A DNA stretch of 63,998 nt, filler included, from Streblomastix strix (Eukaryota), in the NCBI GenBank assembly GCA_008636045.1. It is 4 parts of 4 records of this genome, joined end to end, with 100 filler letters (N's around TTAATTAATTAA, not from the genome) between each part and the next. Parts side by side here need not be neighbours in the genome. Positions count along the whole stretch, not along the records: positions 16,222 to 32,336 come from SNRW01000872.1; positions 32,437 to 48,545 come from SNRW01000873.1; 2 more parts are not named here. One strand, written 5' to 3'. Below, one piece after another: positions 29,200 through 41,721 of the stretch (position 1 is its first letter; each line of letters begins with the position of its first letter). The notes beneath the pieces were generated by a model that searched no databases, was not told the origin of the DNA, and saw only the letters and a program-made list of their open reading frames with translations. The translations under genes and the position numbers were made by a program.

Positions 29200-30459
29200 C
29201 ACCAATTGTTGCTTTCTATCTCTTTGTTAAATTGCATCAAGAGAATGACTATTCTGTGGGTATTAGATTTCTATTGGAAAATCACGCGCTCTCATTTCTG
29301 GTCCATAAGAACTTGCTGGTTTCTTTGCTTTCTTCTAAAAAGTATGTTAAATGAATAAATTATTATTAATGAAAAGAATAGATTTAAAATGTATAAATTA
29401 ATTAGTATTAAGATGAAATATTAAATACTTTCTTCGATTTGAAAATAGCAACAATGATTATTATGACACTCACAGCAATAATGGCCAATGCTCCAACAGC
29501 AATACCCACAATTGCACCAATTGGAAGACCCTAATCTTGATCTTGTTCTTCTTCTTTTTCTTCTTCTTTAATAATCACTTCCAATTAAACTGCTGCATTT
29601 GAATCTTCTTCAATATCAATTCCATATCTTCCTGTGAATATGTTTCTATCATTCGATATTAATGCTGCGTATATCTTCTTTTTGTAATTAAGCCAACTTC
29701 CATCATTCATTTCAAATGTTGCTTTCTATTCATTTTCAATTTCACCTTCGATTTATATTGGATAATTTGATCCATCTTCTGGTGGATAAATGATCTCATT
29801 CGTTTGATCAAGAAGCAGTTTCTATTTGATTTTGAGATTTGTGCTAATGGAGATTTGTTATTGATTATCTTTCTAATGTTTTAGAGTGATTGGAAATTAT
29901 GATGAATGTACATTTAAAGGTTTGAGATTGTTCTTATTGTATTTATAATAAATTCCTTTTTATTCTTAATCTATTTCTTCTTATGTTTTATCTCTCAATT
30001 CAAATATCTTCACACTCAAATATTTTGGAATCATTCTTTATCCTCTAATATGAAATATTATTTTCCCATTTGGATTTGAGGCATTTACTACAACTTATGC
30101 ACTTTTCAGAATTCCTAATATTCTCCACAGAGGCTCAAGAGGTTTTGATTCCTATTATATTTAAATTTGATTTTGAGAATCTTTTTCTCCAAATGTGATC
30201 AAGTTCATGGGTATTCCTTCTAAATCATTCTCATCAGAATATGTATCACTATAATTCCCTTTTACATATTCACCTAATATTCCATATTAGCATAATTCTG
30301 CAACTTATGGAATTGCAACATATAAGCTTTTTCCATGTCTTTCTGCTGCATTCCCATCAAATTTCATTCCACGAAGATCAATAAGTTTGGAATTTGGATC
30401 ATAATCTCCATATATTCCAAGAAACAAGCCTCCACCGAATCCTGAAAAAGAATATGGAT
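29200..30459 (-). CDS. C-terminal part of a single-pass type I membrane/surface protein; possibly a pseudogene fragment
   Basis: GFGGGLFL, GKSLYV, YVKGNYSD, IIYPPEDG, acidic linker, TM helix LPIGAIVGIAVGALAIIAVSVIIIIVAIF then KSKK; short intron and cytoplasmic tail; 5' exons not found. Confidence 0.7.
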
Positions 30460-32336
30460 CTGTAAAATTATTATATTTTAATATTTTATTTAGCCATTTT
30501 TTCAAAATATTCAAAATTTGAGAAAGTTACCAACTCTGCAAAATGAATATATTTGATATAAAAAATAATTTGAAAAGAATGATATGATATATATCAATGA
30601 AATAATTATGTTAGAACTGTTTTATATCTACATACTATATCTTAAAATGACTAAAATTTTAATATATTATATATAGTTGAAAGAATTAATCTGAGTAAAT
30701 CGAGAAGGAATAAAATAATTACCATTTTCTTTATTATATAATATGCTCATATATTATAAAATAAAGTTCAGTAATACTATCATGAGTATTAGTTTAGCGA
30801 AGACTAAGAAACGATCTTATTTATATGGTATAGTAAACATTTTTTTTATTATATCAATTTTTAATTTTATTAAAAGTAGAACTATAATGATAGATTAAAA
30901 CTTAATTTATAGGAGATGAGGAAAGTAAGAATAAATGATAATTATATCTTATTGCTGTCTGATATGTTTATTTTATCATATGAATTAAACATTTCAAATT
31001 TTTATTATACAATTAGTATTTTATTCACATAATTAATTGTAAGAAATGTTTATTTTCATAAGATTTATATTAAATTAATAAAAAAATTAATATTATATTA
31101 TATAGTGTATTACCAATTTGAACTCAATTTAAATTTCTGTCTTATTCTGTTTCATCACAGCTTCTTCTATGGTTTTCTCCCTCCTTTAAATAACATTATC
31201 TTTTTCTTTACTGAAATCTTCTTCTTTTTTAACCTAATTATATAATAATTATAATATACATAAATATTATGTGAATGATATAATGTCATTAATAATAATA
31301 TATCATTATTAGATTTAATTTAATATTCAGAATATATAAATACCTTCTTTTGGATGGCAAGCTTCTCCTGTTCTCTCCATCTGCATTCATCTTATATAGC
31401 TATGATCTCTTTTCTATATAAATAATAAAATATAAAATAATAATTGTATTTATTTATTTAACTCCTAATCATTACAATTTATTCATATATAATCTTTTTT
31501 AACATATTTAAATTGCCTGTATTATGCATTCTCATCATCATTTCTCTTGATCTCTTTCTCAAAGAAGACAATTTTAACCTTCAAATCAGAATTTTCATCT
31601 TATATATAATATAATGGATTAATGAATAAATACAAAATAATATTAAATACATAATAATATTAAAAAAAAAAAATCAATTAATAATATTATTATACCTATT
31701 CCAATATATCCTCCGTTTTCTTGCCTGAATAATCCATATATAATGAACAAACAACCAAAAATTAATTAATCTATTATCATATATTATATATAGTATATTT
31801 ATCTCCAACTTTCCCTTTATCCTTAATATCATTACCGTCTCTATCTGATAATAATTACTATGTATTAGTTGATCCATTTGGAGATAATGGGAATGAAGGG
31901 CTTCTGATATGATTGAATTGTGGAAAGGTTGATTATGTAGACTTGTATCTATGACGATAAGCTAATATATATTGAATAGAATGTCTATAATAAAATATAT
32001 TAAATATATAAATGTAAATATTATAACCCTCATTTCTTTCGGATTTTGTCACCCACCTTTCATAAGGCGAACTGGCCTCTTTATTGCATAAGGGCTCACT
32101 CAATGGTGCCAGATCGCTCAAAAATGACTGAGTCCCAAGGTTCCGATACGCAAACGAGCACGCAAACCGAATTGTTGGCGAGAAAAGGTATCGAATACGC
32201 ATAAAATACGATAGCGATGACACGGGAGCGAGTGAAGCTGCTGCCTGACGCGGAAATACAAGTTATGCTTACGGAGAGCCTATTTCCCACAGCCACGTTT
32301 ACTGAACATGAGGAGGACTATGAGGCTAAGATGAAA

Positions 32337-32436
32337 NNNNNNNNNNNNNNNNNNNNNNNNNNNNNNNNNNNNNNNNNNNNTTAATTAATTAANNNNNNNN
32401 NNNNNNNNNNNNNNNNNNNNNNNNNNNNNNNNNNNN
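32337..32436. other. Artificial contig-joining spacer
   Basis: 44 N + TTAATTAATTAA + 44 N. Confidence 0.97.
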
Positions 32437-33025
32437 ACCTATAATTAGTAATATTGAAATTAAATTTAGTAAATATAATATAATAGTTGTTTATATACCA
32501 AGAAGACGAATAGGCTGTAGAGAAAACAGAAATTTTTATTTGAAATAAAAATGATTTATATTAAGGAATATTAAATTAAAATATTAATATAATGTCATAC
32601 AACAAGCATGTTTGACCGTAGAAAATTTTCATAGTCCATTGCGACTGGCAGAAAATTGATAATGAATTTTAATAATATAGGGGAGACGGGCGCTGCGCTC
32701 GTTTAAAAATCGCATTTATTTTTATTTTTTATCGGTTATATTGACATTTGTTTTTAATAAGTAGATATTAATAAATAGCGCCGTATTTTCTATATTTGGA
32801 TCCAGCAAGAATTTTTGAAAATTATTTTCTTTCTGAAATTTTAAATAAAACGATTTCATTTATGAATTATTTTAAAATTAATTAATTAATTATTGATTTC
32901 ATATATTAAAATTTAATTATAAAAAATTATTATTTTTAATTTCTATTCTTAAATTTTAAATTTTAGTTTTTCACAAATTCACTCTTTGCAAAAACATCGT
33001 TTCAAAATTTTAATAACATTTTCCA

Positions 33026-36000
33026 ATGACAAGTGCATATAACAAATCTCAATTAATTGAAGTTGGTCTACTTTTTGGAGAGGATTTACGTTATTCTACC
33101 AACAAAGTTAGGAGATGGGATTTAAATGCTTTATTGGATGAATATTAAATAGACAAACCGCATGGTTATTCAACAGATTTGAAAAACCGAGTAAAAGCGG
33201 CTGTAAAAAAGCGTAAGAAAGCGAAACAACAACGGGATTAACCTCTTGCAACGCGAAGCATTGCTAATGAATCCCTTCGGGATTCGTTTGAAAAATAAAG
33301 GTTGGAGAATGAGCAAAAGTAGGCCGCGCAACGTCGTCGGCACGAGGAGGAAGCGCGCGACAATTTTGAAAATTTACGGTATTTTGTTCAGCGTAATGAT
33401 TTTGATAATTTACAGTAACAAAGGGAATTACAGGAATATAAAAATGAATACTAGCGAAGAATATTTACAGAGGAGGCTCGAGAGAATTTATAAAATTTGC
33501 GTTAGTTTGTTCAACGAAATGATTTTGAAAATTTACAGCTACAAAGGGAATTACAGGAATATAGAGAGGAATAATAAAGAAAGGAACGAGAAGCAGATTA
33601 TAGAAATAATTTTGAAAATTTGCATTAATTTCTTTAACATGATGATTACCATAATCAATAATCTTAAAGAGAATTGTAAGAATATAACGAAGAATAATTA
33701 AGAAATGAAAGATACTAACGAATACACGATGAATTTAACAATTTATCCGATCTGGAATTACGAACATTCAAACTACTTGATGAAGAGATTGCTGAAGAAA
33801 TTCGAAAATTAGATTATAAAAATTTCAGAGAAATTGATTTTGAGGATGCTGATGCATTGATGTTAACAGAACCTTTTAACTAGGTACTGTTTAGAAGATA
33901 AATTAATAAATTTCGATAAAAATATCCGAAAGAAACTATAGAAAAAATATACTCAAAGAAGTAATCTGATAATTTTGAACCAACACGCCATTATTATAAT
34001 AATCATTTTACAAGTCAGGAGGATGTCGAAAATCATGTTAGAAGAGTTGGTTAATTAGAATTATAAATGAATAGTTTTAAAATATCTTTTGATTTTGGTT
34101 ATATTGTTGAGACAGTAAGATATGATGAAGATGGTATTCAAGAAGTAACTTACGATATAAGATATCCACATAACAATATCTTAAACGCATTAAATCCTGA
34201 ATCATTAATAGATTCTTAAGATGAATTAGAGAAATTTATTTAATATCTTCCAGCTAAGATAATTGAAAATTAAGAAAGAACTGTTGAAGATACTCATACA
34301 AGGTTTGTTGTGATTGTCTCAATGGTTGTTGTAGTATATCGTGAAAGACCTGGAGGTGCAGCACCAGCAGAATTATAAAAATATATTTAAAGATAGGAAA
34401 TGAAGTTCGTTGATAACTTGAATTATAGAAATAATTGTTTATTTGAAGCATTATCATTTATATCATTACCGGATGAATCAACAAAACGAAAATCAAACTA
34501 TAGCTGAGTTGCTGAAGGAAAACGTTTAATGAAATAATTTTATTCAGCAATTGGCAATGTATAAGTTAAGAATTTTACGGAGTTTTGTGAAAATTATCAA
34601 AGATTTGATCTTGCTTCTGAAGGTAAGTAACTTGCCAATGTGTTTAATATTAATATTTGTGTTTACGCATATCATCACTTAGATTTCGAGGACGAAAATT
34701 AAAATGATAAACCGGATCCAATTCCTTAAATCAATTCAAAAGGCAAACGAGTGCGTCGTAAAAAGGAAGATAGAGTTAAAGATGAAAAGTACGATAATTA
34801 TTTTCTTGATTTTGTAATTAAACCGGAGACCAGCGATTTGGATATTGAATTGGAAAAAGAAATTAAAGAACCAAAAGACTTTAACATCTTACTTGTTCAT
34901 TTCAGAAATAAGTTTCACATATTATATATTTCTGATACACTAGCCTTAACGGGTTTAGCATATTGCCCGATTTGTAAGTTACATGCATTGAAAGTAAACG
35001 ATATAAATGATAATTGGTAACGTGATTTAAAAAAGCATATAGAATTATGCAAATAAAACAATGGTAAGTAAGTTAAACTTTCAGGAAATTAAATACCTTT
35101 TGCGCCGTATATTATTGGAAATAAAACTTACGAATATTTCTGGTCACGTTAAGAATTATAAAAATTTAAAACAATAAAGTATTATACAACTTATGATTTT
35201 GAAACTATGGAATAATAAATTAATAAATATTTTGGGAAATCAACCAAGGAAGACGAAACGGTTCGTAATTCATTTCAGAATTCTGCTTTGGTGCCATTAT
35301 CAGTTGCATCAACAATTAAATCAAAGAATGGATTAAAATCAATTTATTTCGATGTTAGATCTAATAATTATTTAAGCGTCGCAGGTGAAAAAATATTGAC
35401 GTAAAATTTTATCCAATAATGGCTTGAAGCAATATTTGAAGAAGCTCTTTAAGTTAAATCTGATAATATGTATGATGATCCAGATGTTCCATATGATATT
35501 GCAGTTCCTACTTTAGGATTTAACTCCATACATTTCGATATGATTTTCATATTACCATATTTGACAAGCTCTAAGTGGCATATTACCAATTATCTTGGTA
35601 ACTTCTCTCATATTAAACAAGTAGGAGTTCATCACTTGATTACCGGCGTGAGAATTTAATTCTTAGACGCTGAGATGTTCGTTACAAAAATGAGACTTAA
35701 AGATGTTATCAAAGATTTTGGTAAGAAATCCAACAAAAGAAGTGATAATAAAGGAATATTCCCTTATACTGCTTTCAACACAACAAACTATGAAGAAGTT
35801 TTAAATATATCTTAACCATTTGAATAAAACTAGTTCTTTAACGAGTTAACTCAATAAAATTTATCAAATTCTGATTACTATGATTATTTGCTAGATTAAA
35901 TGATAATAATTGTTAACAAAAATGGTAAAGTAATAGATTCCATTAAGAAATTTAATAACAGATGGGATTACTTGTAATATTATAATGAACTTGACACATT

Positions 36001-38233
36001 CATCATGATAGAACCAATAGATAATCTAATTAAAATGAATTTTAATAATGATCTTGAAATGTTTAATTATTTATCTATGGCAAGCTGTGCAAATGGAACT
36101 AAGTATAAGATGTGTTGCGATGATTTAGACTTGAACTCACGATATGTTAACAAAGATGATCCAGCATTATTGTAATTTACTCCATTTGAGTTGACATAAG
36201 AACATTGGAGTAAAAAAGTTGCAAGCTATAATATGTAAGATACAAAAGCAGGACGTGATATAAAGGAAAATGTTAAAGAAGATGATTTTGAATACTTTCG
36301 AGATATAGTTTATAAAGGGTAATGCTGGTTCTGTGAAGTAAGATTCACAAATAAGAATCCACCTACATTGGATAGAATCGATAATAGTCTTGGGCATAGT
36401 AAAAGTAATGTTTAATTAGCTTGTTCATGGTGTAATGTTAAAAGAGGAAATAGAGATCCTTTCATAACTAAAGGCTTAATATAATTGAAAAGATATTACT
36501 TATCAAAAGGTTTACCAATGCCATTAACAGATGAAGAAACATATCATAAATTAAGGCCAAATATTACAGGTGGATTAGCAAATGCTTTTAATAGATATAA
36601 TGTTAAAGATGAAACTCATATTAATAAATTAAAATTTGAAGGTTAATATGTTGTAAGTTATGATCTTGATTATATAATGACTCATGTTTGTGGATATGAT
36701 TTTAATTCATTATATCCATCTGTTATGAGTGGAATTCCTCATGATTTTATTAAATACACTGGTAAAAGAATTTATATGCCAGGTTATGAATTAGATAGAA
36801 TTGAGTGTGATAGTGATTCTTAAAAAGAATTAGGTTAGATAATTATTAATAACCCATTAAGATTCTCAAATAAAAAATCTGAAATTAATAAGGTTTCTGT
36901 ATTCATTGCTGAAGTCAAAGGCCATATTGATTATAAATATATTAATGATTATATTAATTGTCCACCAATAATAAGAAAATATAAATATAAGACATTAGAA
37001 TCTGTTATTGGAGATTTTATGCATTAACATATGAAAAATAATAACTTGAAAACTGATGGTGAAGAAAATAAACTTACTGTTCTATTATCAACAATGAATA
37101 AGTATATGTGCTTCTATTCATATTATCTCTGGTTACTTATCGATGATTGCCATTTCATAATTGATGATGTTAAATGTGTTATGACATTCTCCAAGCATAT
37201 TGGATTTGAATCATTCGTTAGGAAATTCATGTAATAACGAATTTAATCAAAGATAGAAAGAAATTTTGGAGGTGAATAATTTAGTAAGATTACTATGAAT
37301 TCATCATATGGTTCTGATGGTATGAATCAAGAACATTTCTCAGATATTAAGCTATGTGATATACATGAAATATTTAGGAAACATCTCAATGGCAAATTCA
37401 AAAGTGATCGTAAATTAGGAGATAACTTATATGCTGTTGAGTTTGAATAATAAAAATTTAATTGTAAAACTTACTTATAAGTTGCATTTGCTGTATTAGA
37501 TTGTGCTAAATATTGGTTTATGACCTTCTACTATAATTTCTTAACTCCTATGGTTGATATGAATCGAGTGCATCTTATATATTGTGATACAGATTCTATG
37601 ATGTTAGCAGTTGCTGGTGATCCTAAATAAAATTATTAATAAGGATTCTCTGCTGTGATTAAGGATAAATAATTCTATGATTAAAATTTCTATAAGATTT
37701 TCCCAAAACCTAAGTCAGTAGTTACTCAAGAAAATAAGCCTTAACTAGATAAAATTGATGAAGGTAAAACAAAACTCAAAATAAAGGAATTGTAAATATA
37801 AGATGAAAAGAAACCATTGGGAGTTGCATATGAACATTGTGGTTCAACTCTTATAGCTTTAGCACAAAAGACTTATTGGTTACGATAAGAATTTGATAAG
37901 AAAGATCCAATAGTTGTTAAACTTAAAGGAATAAGTTTAAAAATGAATCCACAAATTAATAAAGAAGCTTATGGAAACAATATAAAAAATGGAATTGTTG
38001 TAAAAGGTAAGAATACTTCGTTACGATAACATTAAGAAAGAAATTCTGATGATGAAGTATTCAGTAAGATGAGTAGAATTAATACTACTATGAATGGAAT
38101 TACAGGAATTCATACAAAAATGATTGTATTAGAAAATTAATGTTGTTGCCCATATGTTGATGGAATATCTGCTGATAAATATAAAATTTAATATAAAATG
38201 TTAATGCCACCTTAAAAGCAACGAAGTTGCTGA
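33026..38233 (+). CDS. polB: Protein-primed family B DNA polymerase, ~1735 aa, with OTU-like protease, Zn finger and HNH insertion; in-frame TGA at 34505-34507
   Basis: Exo I YDFET, Exo II GFNSIHFD, KGIFPY, Exo III YNELDT, ITGGL, YDFNSLYP (36695), KITMNSSYG (37286), YCDTDS (37580), all in one frame. Confidence 0.95.
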
Positions 38234-38298
38234 ACACTTTGTGTGAATCAATGATTGAGGTATAATGTAACATAATTTATTTTTGTTTATTAAAGTTT

Positions 38299-39648
38299 AT
38301 GGCTTAACACAATTTACGCACTCGTAAGAGTAAATCATAAGCATAAATTCTTGATGAATTACTCAAAAGATTTGATAAAAACAAGAAGTAAACCGATATT
38401 GCAGAAGATTCTATGAAAATATCAATATAAACCATATTGAAATAACCTAAGAGATTAAATCTTACAGAATTTGTTGATGAAATTCAAATTCAAGATTCTG
38501 ACAATGAAATTCCGATAATTATTGAAAATGCTGATAAGATTCAATATGGTGGCAAAACTGTTTAGGATTGGTTTGATGATTATATTACAAAGGAATTGTA
38601 AAAAGGGAAGAGGAGATAAAATATTAGATTACCGCGAGCTTCGCTCGAGTCTGCTTTGCAGCCGTAAGGAAAAGCTGAGCAAACTTATTAAATCAAATTT
38701 CCATTCAAATCCAAAATAAAAGCATATGAATAAGTACATGGTGTTAAACTAGAGGATGATAAAAAATAATAAGTAGTTCCTGACTGTTAAATTAAATAAC
38801 TTCCTGAAAAATTTGGCAGACCATATTTCTCTTATGAATTTGGTTCTTGGGAGATAGATATAGTATTTTCAATGAATCCTGAGTTGGTACAGATAAATTA
38901 AATTTATTTATTCTGTATCAACATCAATACTAAATATCTTGTTGTATATCCTTTACATAGTAAATCTTAAGAAGATATTGAAAAAGCATTGTAAAATTTG
39001 GTTTAAACGTAGAACGTAACACATATCAGAGGTGATGGTGAAAAAGATTCGCAGGTAATTAACTTATGTAATTTTACAACAAGAATAGCATTAAAACTTA
39101 TTTTGTGAAAGGTTCAATTGAATTAACTAATCATAATCGTGTTGTAGATTCGGTAATAAGAACTATCAGAAATGCTTTTGGATATGATGACAGATCATTT
39201 TCAAATCCTAAGTTAATGTAATAAATGGTTGATATTTACAATGATACTCCGCACGGTGCATTTGAAAATAAATTTACACCGAAATAAGTAAATAGTTTAT
39301 AAGAACTTGAAGGATATTTCATAAGAAAGAATGATAAGAAGCTTCGTGAAGCGAAATAAGAGTAAAAAGATTAAGGATTTACTAAATATAAACCAGGAAA
39401 TGTTTTAATGATTCATGTTGATTATTTTACGTACAATGCATCGATATATGAAATAAAGAAGAAATTTCAATGAATTAGCCAAATTTATTAAATATGATAA
39501 TAGAAATGTTCAATGTTTATTATTAAAACCATTCACGGATTTGAATAGAATAACAGTTCCAATATATTATACAAAACTTATCTGTGAAAATGAATAATAA
39601 CTAAATTAGCCGTAATTTTAAAAATTTAAAGATTAATTTTTAAATTGA
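38299..39648 (+). pseudogene. Retroviral-like (rve) integrase, two frameshifts
   Basis: WEIDIVF, YLFCININTKYLVVYPL, IRGDGEK, frameshift ~39046, NHNRVVDSVIRTIR, YNDTPH..FTP; second shift ~39430-39455. Confidence 0.88.
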
Positions 39649-39740
39649 TTTAATTATATTAAACTTGTTCATCTGTGAAAAATTTATTTTCGAAAAATTC
39701 CAAATACGCAACTTCGTTGCTTAATCTTTAAGAGTATAAA

Positions 39741-40178
39741 ATGGAAAAGGAATTGGTTTAATAAATTGTACTTGAAACGTTAGCTGCTGTTAAAAAACTT
39801 CCTAAAATATAAATAAAACCTAAAATTTCGAGCGAAGCTTAGCCTCCTATAACACCCAGCGTTCAGGCGAAGCATTCAGGTTGCGAAAGCAATCTTGCAA
39901 AACAACGCGGAAGATAATATAAATATCAAACAAAGGAAGAAGCTTAATAAGTTGCTAAACAATAAAGAAAATAATGTGCAATTAAATATACTAAATAAAA
40001 ATAATATTTTAAATAGAATTAGTCAGAATCTTAATAACTTCTCATAAAAAGATTGTAAAATATGATTATAACAGATTCTGCAGAAATCAATAGAATGCAT
40101 GAAATAATAAATAAATTTGATTCAATTTTAAACAAAAATGATGATGAGGAATTAAAAAGCGAAACTGAAAATCTATGA
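39741..40178 (+). CDS. Hypothetical basic protein, 145 aa, possibly DNA-binding
   Basis: ATG-TGA in frame; RGRQYKYQTKEEA motif followed by a basic helix. Confidence 0.65.
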
Positions 40179-40224
40179 TTTAAAGCATTGATTTCGCACG
40201 GTGTTCAGCAACGAAGTTGCTTAT

Positions 40225-41192
40225 CATTTTTTAATGTGTTTCTTTTTCTTAAAATTACTTTATTCCTTTGCAGATTATAGTAATTAACTTGTTGGAATAT
40301 AATTCTTTTTTGTTTTAGGTTTCTTTTCCCCAGGTATTATTTTTGTATTTTCTTTATTGACAATTGCTGATATTGAACCATCTGCATTCATCTAATAACC
40401 AGTCTTTTGAGTTTTGAATTACTATCTGTTAAATAAATCATTAACTGGCATTCTACCCCAATCCAATGCTCCAATATCATAGATTTGTGCAAGATTTTCC
40501 TATAAAGCAAGATCTTTTTCAATTGCTTATTATTGTTTTTCTATGAGTTTCTCCTGCATTAACGGCATTGTTGGAGGTTAATCTTCAAATGATAAACTTT
40601 ATCCAAGATCTTATTAAGTTTGAATATCGTAAATATCGTCAATTTTATTGTTTTCTTTTTCTTTTTACTTCTACGACCCTGAATACATAATCTCATTATT
40701 AATTTGTTCTGGGCTTAAACCTGGTGAAGAACGTCCTAAATACATAGATGTTTAATCTAATCTAGCATTAGGATTTTAATCATATCGTTATGAATTCTCA
40801 ATAAACTTTTCAATTTTAAGTTTCCTTTCGTTATTTAACATTATTGTATTCTCAAAGAATTCTGCTCTTAATTCTTCACCAAATAATTGACCATAAACTC
40901 TTCTATTCATTGTTTTATTAGTTAAACCTAGTACACCTACTAATGCTTCATGTTTAGAAATTTCTGGATCAGCTGCATTAATTTAATCAGCAATTTATTA
41001 TTTTTATCTTGTGGACATACCTTTTTTAAGTTTGATACCTTTAGTTTTCAACATTTATGGTACTCTTTCTACATTAGAAGGATTAACTTCTTAACTGTCT
41101 ATAGTCATAGGATCTTTTATAGCCATTTCTTCTTCCCATGTTACAGGTTATACATAAGTGGGTATTAATCGTTTTTTACCTTTCTTTGACAT
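40225..41192 (-). pseudogene. Hypothetical viral protein, frameshifted
   Basis: Starts MSKKGKKRLIPT; long coding-like frames with apparent shifts. Confidence 0.55.
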
Positions 41193-41236
41193 TTTGTTTT
41201 AAACTAAATACAAATACAAATAAAGCAAATATAACA

Positions 41237-41323
41237 ATGAGCTGGGATTTATTAGTAGGAATTTCATCGTGTATATTACTCGTAGTACAGATCATTAATC
41301 TGTGCAAGCAACGAAGTTGCTGA
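41237..41323 (+). CDS. Putative 28-aa hydrophobic peptide
   Basis: MSWDLLVGISSCILLVVQIINLCKQRSC*; ends within the recurrent hairpin. Confidence 0.35.
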   Translation: MSWDLLVGISSCILLVVQIINLCKQRSC

Positions 41324-41390
41324 AGGCTTCACCTGAAGCAAAAATGATCAAAAAATGCGCAAAAAATTATTTTTCAAATATTTAAACCAA

Positions 41391-41615
41391 ATGCTTATTA
41401 CCGTTGAGGAATTTCTTGTTTACAATAATTTTTTAAGTTCATTGTTATGTGTTGCAACAAAAACAGATCCTGAAATTGAATTAAGATTTATCTTACGGCA
41501 ATATAATAAACGACTTAAAATGGAATAACTTAAGGAAATCATTAAGATTGCATAAGAAACAAGTGGATAAGAAGCTTCATTAAAACTAGTTTAACTCCTT
41601 GATTCTAAAAAATGA
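41391..41615 (+). CDS. Hypothetical protein, 74 aa
   Basis: MLITVEEFLVYNNF...LLDSKK*, in frame. Confidence 0.6.
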
Positions 41616-41721
41616 AAGCCAACGTAAAGAAGTTCAGTTTACGCCTGAACGGCCACATTCGTGGCGCCGAGCTTCGCAGGCTCTTAATCCCTTCGGGATA
41701 ATTTTTGATTGTTGTTTAAAG

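Noticed and set aside
31100..32336. Possible multi-exon minus-strand gene and GC-richer contig end
   Set aside because: Short exon-like pieces without identifiable domains; a model could not be supported.
32437..33025. Terminal inverted repeat of the Polinton-like element
   Set aside because: No partner end lies in the contig and no clear terminal motif or TSD was seen.
36320..36455. Intein or group I intron in polB
   Set aside because: The insert is short and in frame, with no recognisable intein terminal motifs or intron structure.
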